63,663 nucleotides of DNA from a virus (lineage: Duplodnaviria > Caudoviricetes). Positions within the stretch are counted from its first letter, which is position 1. The number at the start of each line of letters is the position of its first letter. This document shows positions 18,164-27,115 of this stretch, piece after piece. Under the pieces are notes generated by a model. The model did no database searches. It was not told where the DNA came from and saw only the letters and a list, made by a program, of their open reading frames with translations. The translations under genes and the position numbers were made by a program. Location of the stretch: the IMG/VR virus record IMGVR_UViG_3300021354_000008, positions 1-63,663 of that record; one strand, given 5' to 3'.

Positions 18164-19414
18164 ATGCCTGAAAATCAATCCTTGCTGAACCAGCTAGAAG
18201 AGATTCTGCATTGGAAAAAGAGTAAGAAGTTCTACGCTGACAAGCTTGGAATTACAGAATTAGAAGTTGATGATTTATTAAAGGAACTAAGAAATGGTGA
18301 AAAGGCTGAAGAAGATGCAGAAGTAGGAAACTACATATCTGATCTAGAAGAAACCATAATAAGGTTTGAAGAAGACTTACATAAAGGAACAGGAGAAGTA
18401 GTCTTCAATACAAAGGAAGAAATCAAGAGCTTAGATGAGCTCATAATAAAGTGTAAGATAGACACAGAGAAATGGGAAATAACCAAATACGTACAGAACT
18501 ACTGGGGAAATGGTGAACATCCTCATTGGCAAGTCAAAGCATGGTTAGGAAAGAAGTCTACAGAACAAGTTTTTCAAGATAGTTTTGTAGACTTTTTAGC
18601 TTCATATCAGCCTGTAAGTCAGGAAGTTATGAGGCCTAAGTTCACTGAATATAAGTTTCCTGCTATGTTGATTATCAATAAACAGGACTCTCACTTAAAT
18701 AAATATGATATTGATGGTAATAATAACATCACTGATAGATTAGCTTCTATCATATACAAGGTGGAACTTATTGCTAATCAAGCACAGCTTTCAAATAACT
18801 TAGATCAAATTACATACATCATTGGTTCTGATGAGTTCAATAGTGAATTTACAGGAGCTACAACAAAAGGAACTCCTCAAACCAATACACATACATTCCA
18901 TGATTCATTTAGTTTTATATGTGACCATGAAGTATTGATGATTACAATGTTATTACAATATGCTGAAAATGTTAATATAATCTATGTAGCAGGTAATCAT
19001 GATGAGTTTGTAGGATGGCATATGGTGACTTGGTTAAAAGCATTCTTTAAAAATACAGAGAGAGTAAGCTTTGATAACTCACCTAAGTATAGAAAGTATG
19101 TAAGTTATGGTGGTTCAGCAATAATGTTTAATCATGGAGATGCTATTAAACCTGCTAAGTTAGCTGCAATATTTCCAATAGAATATAGAGAAGGGTGGTC
19201 TTTCCATAATAACTTCTACATATTCACAGGAGATAAACACCATGAAGTGAGTCATGATTTCAATGGTATAAAGTTTTACCAAATTCCAGCATTCTCTAAT
19301 GCTAAGAGTCTTTGGGATGATAAGAATGGTCACGTAATGTCTAAAGCTGAAGTGACAGGATTCTTAATAGAGCAGGGCTCAGGAATGACAAATATATATA
19401 AACAGTATTTATAA
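18164..19414 (+). CDS. Calcineurin-like metallophosphoesterase with N-terminal HTH
   Basis: QDSH, GSD.FN, AGNHD, NHGD, TGDKHH motifs; N-terminal YADKLGITE HTH-like segment. Confidence 0.82.
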   Translation: MPENQSLLNQLEEILHWKKSKKFYADKLGITELEVDDLLKELRNGEKAEEDAEVGNYISDLEETIIRFEEDLHKGTGEVVFNTKEEIKSLDELIIKCKIDTEKWEITKYVQNYWGNGEHPHWQVKAWLGKKSTEQVFQDSFVDFLASYQPVSQEVMRPKFTEYKFPAMLIINKQDSHLNKYDIDGNNNITDRLASIIYKVELIANQAQLSNNLDQITYIIGSDEFNSEFTGATTKGTPQTNTHTFHDSFSFICDHEVLMITMLLQYAENVNIIYVAGNHDEFVGWHMVTWLKAFFKNTERVSFDNSPKYRKYVSYGGSAIMFNHGDAIKPAKLAAIFPIEYREGWSFHNNFYIFTGDKHHEVSHDFNGIKFYQIPAFSNAKSLWDDKNGHVMSKAEVTGFLIEQGSGMTNIYKQYL

Positions 19415-20151
19415 TGGCTACATTAAGGAAAATGGTTTCAGATGTGCGTGCAATGCACAAACTATTATCAACAGACAACTTGATAACAGATAGAGTTGTT
19501 GCGTCTGAAATCAAGAACAACACAATTTTACTAATAAAGAGAGAAACAAATCTCAGAAAGCTTTGGGCTACAGATACTGTATTCCAGACGCTTCCTTGCT
19601 TAGATATGATATCAGTTCCTATTTCTGATTGCTGTGAATATGTTGATCCTTGTCAAGTAGCTAGAAGCAAATACAAACTTCCTCGCATTAGTGAAGGAAA
19701 CTACCAATACTTAATCCAAGGTGTTTATTCTATCAACGCAATGGGTGGTAGAGGTAAAAGATTTAAAGAGATTACAATTAACAGATACTTAAATTTATTA
19801 AAGCTTCCTATCATTAAAGCTGATCAGTACTACTGGATTGCAAATGGTGGATATTTATATGTAAATAATCCATTCTTACAATCAGTTAGAATAGCTGCCT
19901 TCTTTGAAGAAGACGTGCCTAATGATATACTATACCCACAAGATTGTGCATGTGGTCCCACTCCTCCAGTGAGTGATGAAGACTATTGCATGAATCCTTT
20001 GGATAAAGAGTTTGGATGTCCTGGTTATCTGGAGAAACAAGTTTTAGAACTAACCTCTCAAAAATTGTTATCTACATACTTTAGCATTAAGACAGACATG
20101 ACCTTTGAAGGTATAGATGGTCAAGCTCCTAATGCTAAACCAACTAGCTAA
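19414..20151 (+). CDS. Tail ring protein (crAss-like)
   Basis: TLRKMVSDV start, RSKYKLP, YLYV; synteny before IHF-like/Ttub/Tstab. Confidence 0.6.
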   Translation: MATLRKMVSDVRAMHKLLSTDNLITDRVVASEIKNNTILLIKRETNLRKLWATDTVFQTLPCLDMISVPISDCCEYVDPCQVARSKYKLPRISEGNYQYLIQGVYSINAMGGRGKRFKEITINRYLNLLKLPIIKADQYYWIANGGYLYVNNPFLQSVRIAAFFEEDVPNDILYPQDCACGPTPPVSDEDYCMNPLDKEFGCPGYLEKQVLELTSQKLLSTYFSIKTDMTFEGIDGQAPNAKPTS

Positions 20152-20627
20152 TGCGTACTAAGATTGACTGGAGAAGTTCCAGTAGAGAAAACTATAATAA
20201 CTTTTGCAATAAAAATCCCACTATCAGAATTACATTTGATGAGTGGAGAAACATTATATATTTATATAATGAGAATTTCAAAAACTACATTCTAGAAACA
20301 GGAGAGAAGGCAAGACTTCCTTTTGGCTTTGGTGAGTTCTCTATCAATAAAAAGAAGAGAAGGAAACTAAAAGATATCAATGGTAAAGAATATGTTAACT
20401 TACCAGTGGATTGGAAAAGAAGCAAAGAGAGAGGAAAGATTATCTATAATTTCAACTATCATACAGAAGGATTCTTTTTTGGTTGGATGTGGTTTAAAGA
20501 GTCAACCAGAATTCGTAACATCAATTTATGGTACTTCAAACCTTCTCGTACAACATCTAGATTGTTATCACACTATCTAAAAACAGATGATAAATACCAG
20601 CACCTTTACAGGGAATGGAAAAAATAA
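20151..20627 (+). CDS. Divergent IHF/HU-like protein (crAss type)
   Basis: ILETGEKARLPFGFGEFSI, VDWKRS, IYNFNYHTEG, WYFKPSR. Confidence 0.7.
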   Translation: MRTKIDWRSSSRENYNNFCNKNPTIRITFDEWRNIIYLYNENFKNYILETGEKARLPFGFGEFSINKKKRRKLKDINGKEYVNLPVDWKRSKERGKIIYNFNYHTEGFFFGWMWFKESTRIRNINLWYFKPSRTTSRLLSHYLKTDDKYQHLYREWKK

Positions 20628-20633
20628 AACAAC

Positions 20634-21602
20634 ATGGCATACTATTACAGGTACAATTTTGTCTCTCCTGAACCAGTCTATTCAATTGTTAAGGAAGAGT
20701 TAAAATCCTACTTTGACACAGGAGCAGTAGATGATTTGATGTTCCCTACCTACTTAGACAAAAGTCTACAGAAGTTAGGTAGATCAAGTTATGTTATTGC
20801 TGAACAAACATTGGATATTTCTGGATTTGAAGCTAGACTTCCTGACAACTTTTTTGCTGTTAGAGAAGCTTGGATGTGTACAGAGATACCTCAGCTTCCA
20901 TATCAAACAGCCAATTCATTCTATGCCCAAGCTGCTTCTGAAACAACAATACAAGTAAGTCCTATAATTAGTGGAACAGTACCATGTACTAATCCACAAT
21001 GTACTACAGGATGTCCTGCATGTATGCCTGAGCTTATTCAAGCAGTATACAAAACAAATCAACAAGTTGCTAGAGCTATAAGAAAAGAATACTTATTAAA
21101 ACCAGGTAACATATCTTGTCAAGGCAAGTGTGACGTTAGCTATACAGATGCTTGGCAGTTTTATTCAAACGTACCTCCAGTACATGAGTTCACTCCAGGT
21201 TCAGCTAGCTATGATAGCTTTGATATTAGAGATAATAAGTTTGTTACTAATTTCAATTGTGGTGTGGTTCATATGATATTCTATGCTACAGATTATGATG
21301 CTACAGGTAATCAATTGATTCCTGACAACTATCGTATCAGAGAGTACATTGAAGCATTCATTAAATACAAGGTATTTGAAACATTGTCTAATCAAATCAA
21401 TGATGAGACATTCAATCAAATACAACAAAAGCTAGGATACTACAAACAACTTTCAGATGAGGCATTTATTATGGCTTACATTGAAGTTAAGAAACAAGAT
21501 GCATGGACTAAGCAAAGAAGAGTAAGAAATGACTTACAACGTTTTGCACAATATGAATTACCAAATAGAAGCTCAAGATATGGATATGGATGGAACAGTT
21601 AA
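20634..21602 (+). CDS. Tail tubular / ring protein (P22 gp4-like, crAss Ttub)
   Basis: ARLPDNF, FVTNFNCGVVHMIFY, LIPDN..IREYIE motifs; precedes muzzle. Confidence 0.7.
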   Translation: MAYYYRYNFVSPEPVYSIVKEELKSYFDTGAVDDLMFPTYLDKSLQKLGRSSYVIAEQTLDISGFEARLPDNFFAVREAWMCTEIPQLPYQTANSFYAQAASETTIQVSPIISGTVPCTNPQCTTGCPACMPELIQAVYKTNQQVARAIRKEYLLKPGNISCQGKCDVSYTDAWQFYSNVPPVHEFTPGSASYDSFDIRDNKFVTNFNCGVVHMIFYATDYDATGNQLIPDNYRIREYIEAFIKYKVFETLSNQINDETFNQIQQKLGYYKQLSDEAFIMAYIEVKKQDAWTKQRRVRNDLQRFAQYELPNRSSRYGYGWNS

Positions 21603-24600
21603 TCAGGATACCTCTAACGTAAGGCAAGAATATAACCTTGGTAGAGTGGGTATGGATCTGGACTCTTCTGTCAATCAAAAACAGAAGGGTAAGCTTTCCT
21701 ATGCCCTAAACGCAGCATTAGAAAACTTTGATGGTAATTCTGTGAACTATCAAAATGAGTTATCTAATGAGTTTTGCCTAAACTTTCCTAGTGGTTATCA
21801 AGTTATTGGTAATCATTTTATTCAGGAGAAAAACTTACACATATTCTTTTTAACTAATCCTCAAACAGGAGGAAGTCAAATAGGATATATGAATAATAAT
21901 GATTGTATTTATCACATATTATGTACTCCTATTCCTAACACAGACTTAACTGTTTGTGCTACTTCTGACTGTTTAAACTTTGATATAAACTATCCAATAC
22001 AAAAGTCTGTACATAAGATTACTAATTGTAGTACAGAAGTTTATTGGACTGATGGATTGAATCCAAGAAGATATATTAATATTGAACAAGTTCCATACAT
22101 CACTACATATACAGGTAGTCAAAACTGTGATCCTATTATTACTGCTGTACTTGATTGTAATAAATTAAAAGTACAACCCACCTTTAGTATTCCTAACTTA
22201 CAAATTACTGATATTGTTGTAGGTGGAGATTTACAAGCAGGTGCTTATCAATTTGCTATTCAATATTGTAACGCATCAGGAGATGGATATACATCCTACT
22301 ACTCAGTAACTAATCCTACATCTATTGCAAATACAGAGATAACCACACCAGACTTTAACTATTCTGTAGGAAAGTCTATTGTAGTTAAGATTAGTGACAT
22401 AGATATTACAGGCTATTTTCAGTATTTTAACTTAGCAGTTATAAAGACTATCAATGGTGCTTCCACTGTAGAACTTGTAGGAACATATAATGTTCAAGAT
22501 AAAACTAGAACAATCACTTACACAGGTCAGAATCAAACTCAAATTCCTTTGAGCTTAGCTGACATACTTGAAAAGTTTCCCTATTATGATATTGCTCAAG
22601 ACGTAACAAATGTACAAGATGTTATTGTTTGGGACAATCTTACATCTATTGATAGACTTAACTATCAAAAGATAGCTAGTCAAATTCAGCTTCAATGGGA
22701 AACATATAAGTTACCAGCTGGTAATACATATGCTGATGGATTCTACACTGCCAATCTTAGAGGATATCTAAGAGATGAAGTGTATGCATTTGAAATAGTA
22801 TTCTTATTGGATAATGGTAAACAAACAGATGGTTTCCATATTCCTGGTAGAACAGCAACTGCTGCTGATTTAGTTCCTGTATCTAATACTAATGCTGACT
22901 TTATTGGAGAGGGCACTGAAGCTCCTTATTGGAAGATATATAATACAGGTAGTGTATTAACTACATATCCTGCAAATGGTGATCCTAAGATTGGAGAAGC
23001 ATATCCATATCAGTATGGTAATTTTGCATATTGGGAATCTACAGATACGTATCCATGTAATGTAGATGTATGGGGAGATCTTGCTAATCAACCAATTAGA
23101 CATCACAAATTTCCTGATGTACTTGTAAGTCCTCATTTTGAAAGTGCACCTATTATTTATGCTGGTGGTCAAATTGCACCAGTGATGCAAACAGCCAGTG
23201 CTGTATATCCAATAGGTGTAAAGATAGATGTACAACAAGTAGCATTCCTTATCCAAGCATCTAATTTAACAGCTGCAGAGAAAGCCTCTATTGTTGGATT
23301 CAAAATAGTGAGAGGTAACAGAAGTACTAATAAATCTATTATTGGTAAAGGTATATTAAGAAATGTAGGCAAGTATGCAAGAACTAATACAGCAACTTCA
23401 GGTAATCCTTTAGATGTAGTTCCTACTTATTTCTACTATCCTAACTATCCTTATAATGACTTAAATAAAGATCCTTTCTTACTTGAGCAAAATAATGCAT
23501 ATAACTCTCAATGTAATACATATAAAATTGCAGTGAGCACTCCTGGTGTTCTTCAATATACAGATTGTGTAACAGGAAATGTAGCTACATTAAACTTCAC
23601 TTTATCTACTACACAACTATGCTCTCTTACAGTTCCTGTAGTAAATAGTGGGTCTGCTACAATTACAGATGTCACAGCTAGATCATATACAATCACTGCT
23701 TCATGTAATGTATTGATTGGCTATACAGATCCTGTATCTGGATTAGGTCAAACAGTTATTGTAGGATCAAACAATCCAGTGACAGTCAACTCATCCACTG
23801 TTCCTAAATATATATCAGGATGTGATAGATATACTATTGTTGGTAATAACAACAATAAGAATAGCCAATGTTATCCTAATCAGTTAGATGGATTTAACAA
23901 TGAACAATCTAGATATAGACAAGTGTTTAACTCTCCTGAAACTTCTTTTGGACAGCCTACATTAGGATCTGTTCTTAAGTTAGAGAGTGTATTATTTGGT
24001 GCTGGTAGAGCTCATTTTGCACAAGTACAGAAGCATTCTATGTATAGACTTCTTACTAAACAAGCACAAGTAGAAGCTTTGAACTCTAGTAAATTAATTG
24101 CAGATCTAGGAGGATTCAGTGCAACAGCTATGTTCACAGCATATCAATCCTATCTACAGATTTACATCAATGGAGCTACTAGAAGAAACTTTGCATATTC
24201 CTTTAATTCTATATCTAGCTATGACTACAATGCAGATATACCTAATGGTCAAGGAGTTAAACAAAGACAACTTGATAGATATCAATATGTATTCCCAGGC
24301 GTTCAATCTGTAGGAGATGATCATGATCTTAATAACTGGAATAGAGAATCATCAGTATATACTAAAAGTATCACTACTAGAGAAGGTGTAGGAGCTGTTG
24401 CTGCTTTACCTTATCCTAACCAAACTCCTTCATTAGTTGTAGCAGGTGTAAGTCAAATTAGTGATAACTCAAGATTTACTTTATCTGACGCAGACAACTG
24501 TGGAAGTCCTGAGTATCAAGAAGATATAAAAGTTGTTTCTTATTATGGTTCAATCAAGACAATTAATAATGGACAATGGGGACAGATATATTCATATCAA

Positions 24601-26241
24601 ACTATTGATACAGGGTTCCAAAGAATATTTAATAGTCTTCCTGACCCTGATCCTGAAGTAGTTTTTGGTGGTGATACATTTATTGGTAAGTTTGGTTTTA
24701 AAACTAAATTACCATTCTTTATTGATAACAGAGTGGGAGCTCCTGATGATAGTGATATTTACTATGATGAATTAGCTAATGTGGCTTATCCACAATACTG
24801 GTATTCTTCTAGATCTATCCTATACAATTACTATGTAGGAGAAACATTAATGAAGAACATCATATCAGTGAAAGCTCACTATCTTGATTGTCCTAATGAT
24901 AGTATTGTAGATACTACAACTACATCTACATCTTCTACATCTACATCTACAACTATTGCTGTTGGTACTACTACACAAGGAACACTTAACTATGTTTATG
25001 ATGGAAAGATGTATTTGTTTGCTTATGGTGTACCTTATTTCTATGTAGAGAGTTCTATTAATGTAGACTTACGTCAGGCATTTAATAACTTAGAAGGTGA
25101 CTACTATCCACATGTAAGCTCAGGTATTCCTGATGCATGGTTCCAAGAAAGTAGAGTTCCTATTGCATTTGATAATACTTACTATTATAATACTACCTAC
25201 TCTAAGCAAAACACAGAGAACTATTTCTCTCACTTGCCTACAGACTGGAAGAAACAATTATGTTTTACTTACTTCCCATTCAGAGCAATCTATTCTGATA
25301 AACAAGAAAGCTATAGTGATAATAGAATCAACAGCTGGTTGATTTATCGTCCACTTAACTTCTTTGACTTCCCTCAAAACTATGGTAAGTTAGTATCATT
25401 AGATGGTATACAGAACAGAGCTACATTAGCTAGATTTGAGAATAAGACATTGTTATACAATAACTTGTTAACAATGAATACAAGTAATCCTCAGTCTGCC
25501 TATTTAGGTGGTAATGAGTTATTTGGTAATGCACCTCCTGTTGACTTTGCTGAAACAGACTTAGGATATGTAGGAAGTCAAAATAAAATGTTGCTTAAGA
25601 TACCTCAAGGTCAAGTTACTGTAGATGCCAAGAGAGGACAAATCTTCTTAATTAGTGGTACCCAAGCAGTAGATATATCAGGATTTGGTAGTGGCTTACA
25701 AAGATTCTTTACAGATTATTTAGCCTTTGAGATACTAAGATACTTTCCAACTGTTGATATAGATAATAACTTTAAAGGACTTGGTTTACATGGTGTATAT
25801 GATAGTAACTATGATAGAGTGATTATTACTAAGTTGGATTATATTCCTCATTCTAATAATGTATTGTATGATAGCGTAGCTAAAGAGTTCTATGTATATC
25901 AACCTATAGCTGGTGGAACTGAGGTAAAAAAGATTGTAAGCTTAACAGATTTAGAATACTTCTGTAATAAATCATGGACTTTATCTTTCAATGTAAACAC
26001 AAAAAGCTGGGTAAGTTTCCATTCATATCTACCTAATTTCTATATAGGAGAAAGTAATTTCTTCTATTCTGGTTTAAATGAGGGATGTGATATGACAGCA
26101 ATAGCTGTTACAGAAATTCCTTCTTCTACTACAACAACCACAACAACAACAATAAGATATTGTAACTTGTCTGGTACAGCAGAATTAGTACCTGAACTTT
26201 GTGCATTTGATGGAACAGCAGATTGTACAGATTGTATTTAA
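21580..26241 (+). CDS. Muzzle / tail stabilisation protein (P22 gp10-like), N-terminal part with Cys/Thr-rich insertions
   Basis: GMDLD..ALNA start, VYWTDGLNPRRYINI, GYLRDEVYAF, IRHHKFPD, FGGDTFI, SWTLSF...WVSFHSYLP. Start likely ATG 21580 or 21586. Confidence 0.8.
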   Translation: MDMDGTVNQDTSNVRQEYNLGRVGMDLDSSVNQKQKGKLSYALNAALENFDGNSVNYQNELSNEFCLNFPSGYQVIGNHFIQEKNLHIFFLTNPQTGGSQIGYMNNNDCIYHILCTPIPNTDLTVCATSDCLNFDINYPIQKSVHKITNCSTEVYWTDGLNPRRYINIEQVPYITTYTGSQNCDPIITAVLDCNKLKVQPTFSIPNLQITDIVVGGDLQAGAYQFAIQYCNASGDGYTSYYSVTNPTSIANTEITTPDFNYSVGKSIVVKISDIDITGYFQYFNLAVIKTINGASTVELVGTYNVQDKTRTITYTGQNQTQIPLSLADILEKFPYYDIAQDVTNVQDVIVWDNLTSIDRLNYQKIASQIQLQWETYKLPAGNTYADGFYTANLRGYLRDEVYAFEIVFLLDNGKQTDGFHIPGRTATAADLVPVSNTNADFIGEGTEAPYWKIYNTGSVLTTYPANGDPKIGEAYPYQYGNFAYWESTDTYPCNVDVWGDLANQPIRHHKFPDVLVSPHFESAPIIYAGGQIAPVMQTASAVYPIGVKIDVQQVAFLIQASNLTAAEKASIVGFKIVRGNRSTNKSIIGKGILRNVGKYARTNTATSGNPLDVVPTYFYYPNYPYNDLNKDPFLLEQNNAYNSQCNTYKIAVSTPGVLQYTDCVTGNVATLNFTLSTTQLCSLTVPVVNSGSATITDVTARSYTITASCNVLIGYTDPVSGLGQTVIVGSNNPVTVNSSTVPKYISGCDRYTIVGNNNNKNSQCYPNQLDGFNNEQSRYRQVFNSPETSFGQPTLGSVLKLESVLFGAGRAHFAQVQKHSMYRLLTKQAQVEALNSSKLIADLGGFSATAMFTAYQSYLQIYINGATRRNFAYSFNSISSYDYNADIPNGQGVKQRQLDRYQYVFPGVQSVGDDHDLNNWNRESSVYTKSITTREGVGAVAALPYPNQTPSLVVAGVSQISDNSRFTLSDADNCGSPEYQEDIKVVSYYGSIKTINNGQWGQIYSYQTIDTGFQRIFNSLPDPDPEVVFGGDTFIGKFGFKTKLPFFIDNRVGAPDDSDIYYDELANVAYPQYWYSSRSILYNYYVGETLMKNIISVKAHYLDCPNDSIVDTTTTSTSSTSTSTTIAVGTTTQGTLNYVYDGKMYLFAYGVPYFYVESSINVDLRQAFNNLEGDYYPHVSSGIPDAWFQESRVPIAFDNTYYYNTTYSKQNTENYFSHLPTDWKKQLCFTYFPFRAIYSDKQESYSDNRINSWLIYRPLNFFDFPQNYGKLVSLDGIQNRATLARFENKTLLYNNLLTMNTSNPQSAYLGGNELFGNAPPVDFAETDLGYVGSQNKMLLKIPQGQVTVDAKRGQIFLISGTQAVDISGFGSGLQRFFTDYLAFEILRYFPTVDIDNNFKGLGLHGVYDSNYDRVIITKLDYIPHSNNVLYDSVAKEFYVYQPIAGGTEVKKIVSLTDLEYFCNKSWTLSFNVNTKSWVSFHSYLPNFYIGESNFFYSGLNEGCDMTAIAVTEIPSSTTTTTTTTIRYCNLSGTAELVPELCAFDGTADCTDCI

Positions 26242-26251
26242 ACATAACACA

Positions 26252-27115
26252 ATGACTAAAACAGTAATAATAAGATTAACATGCTCAGGTGGTAGAACAG
26301 GACCATTCAACATTTCTGATGTTCAAGGAAATGTTTTAGGCACTGATGTAACCAAACAAAATCTTATTGATGGTTATACTATCAGTGTGGATGATACTGT
26401 TACTAAGATTATTATAACATCTGTAGGAAAGTGTAATACATCTATAGAAGTTACTATTGGAACTGCCACTATAGAAGAACTTGCTGCTATAACATATAAG
26501 CCTTGTAATACAGCATCTATGTGGAGACACTTAACAGATACAGTGAACTACAATAAATACTATGGTAATGTAGAACCTTACATCATTGAATATCCTTTTT
26601 CTTATCAAAGCAATGATGAGATATTACAGAACGTAATAGATTATAGTAGAGTTTATAACTATCTACCAGATGATGGTACATATAATACAAATAGAAAAAT
26701 AGAGGTTGATAATCAATGGTTTAATAAAGCTGTATTATACAATGGACAACAATCCACAGGTGTACTTGAACTTGTACCAAAGCCTCTTCATAACTTAAAG
26801 CAATACTTAACCTATCCAATATATAACTCAGACAGTAAAACTATATTATATACTAAGTCAGATAACTTCTATAAATACAATACATTCTGGGGATTGGTTA
26901 AAGATAAATACTCTCCTTTATTCTTAACAACATGTTGCTCATTATCATTAGATAAGGTGGTTAATCAAGTTAATATGGATTATGGAAAGAGATCATTTAG
27001 AAAAGAACCTTTAAGAGCTAAAGGATTGAGAGTGAGACACATTCTTGATAATAGCTCTATTTCTCATATAGTGAGTCAATTCATTGTTACACCTGCTCAA
27101 ATCTCTTACAAATAA
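26252..27115 (+). CDS. Muzzle C-terminal part fused to an N-terminal TGPFN domain
   Basis: MWRH..YNKYYG..PYIIE...FNKAVLYNGQQSTG.LEL resembles the C-terminus of crAss-like Tstab; start at ATG 26252 after an A-rich leader. Confidence 0.65.
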   Translation: MTKTVIIRLTCSGGRTGPFNISDVQGNVLGTDVTKQNLIDGYTISVDDTVTKIIITSVGKCNTSIEVTIGTATIEELAAITYKPCNTASMWRHLTDTVNYNKYYGNVEPYIIEYPFSYQSNDEILQNVIDYSRVYNYLPDDGTYNTNRKIEVDNQWFNKAVLYNGQQSTGVLELVPKPLHNLKQYLTYPIYNSDSKTILYTKSDNFYKYNTFWGLVKDKYSPLFLTTCCSLSLDKVVNQVNMDYGKRSFRKEPLRAKGLRVRHILDNSSISHIVSQFIVTPAQISYK

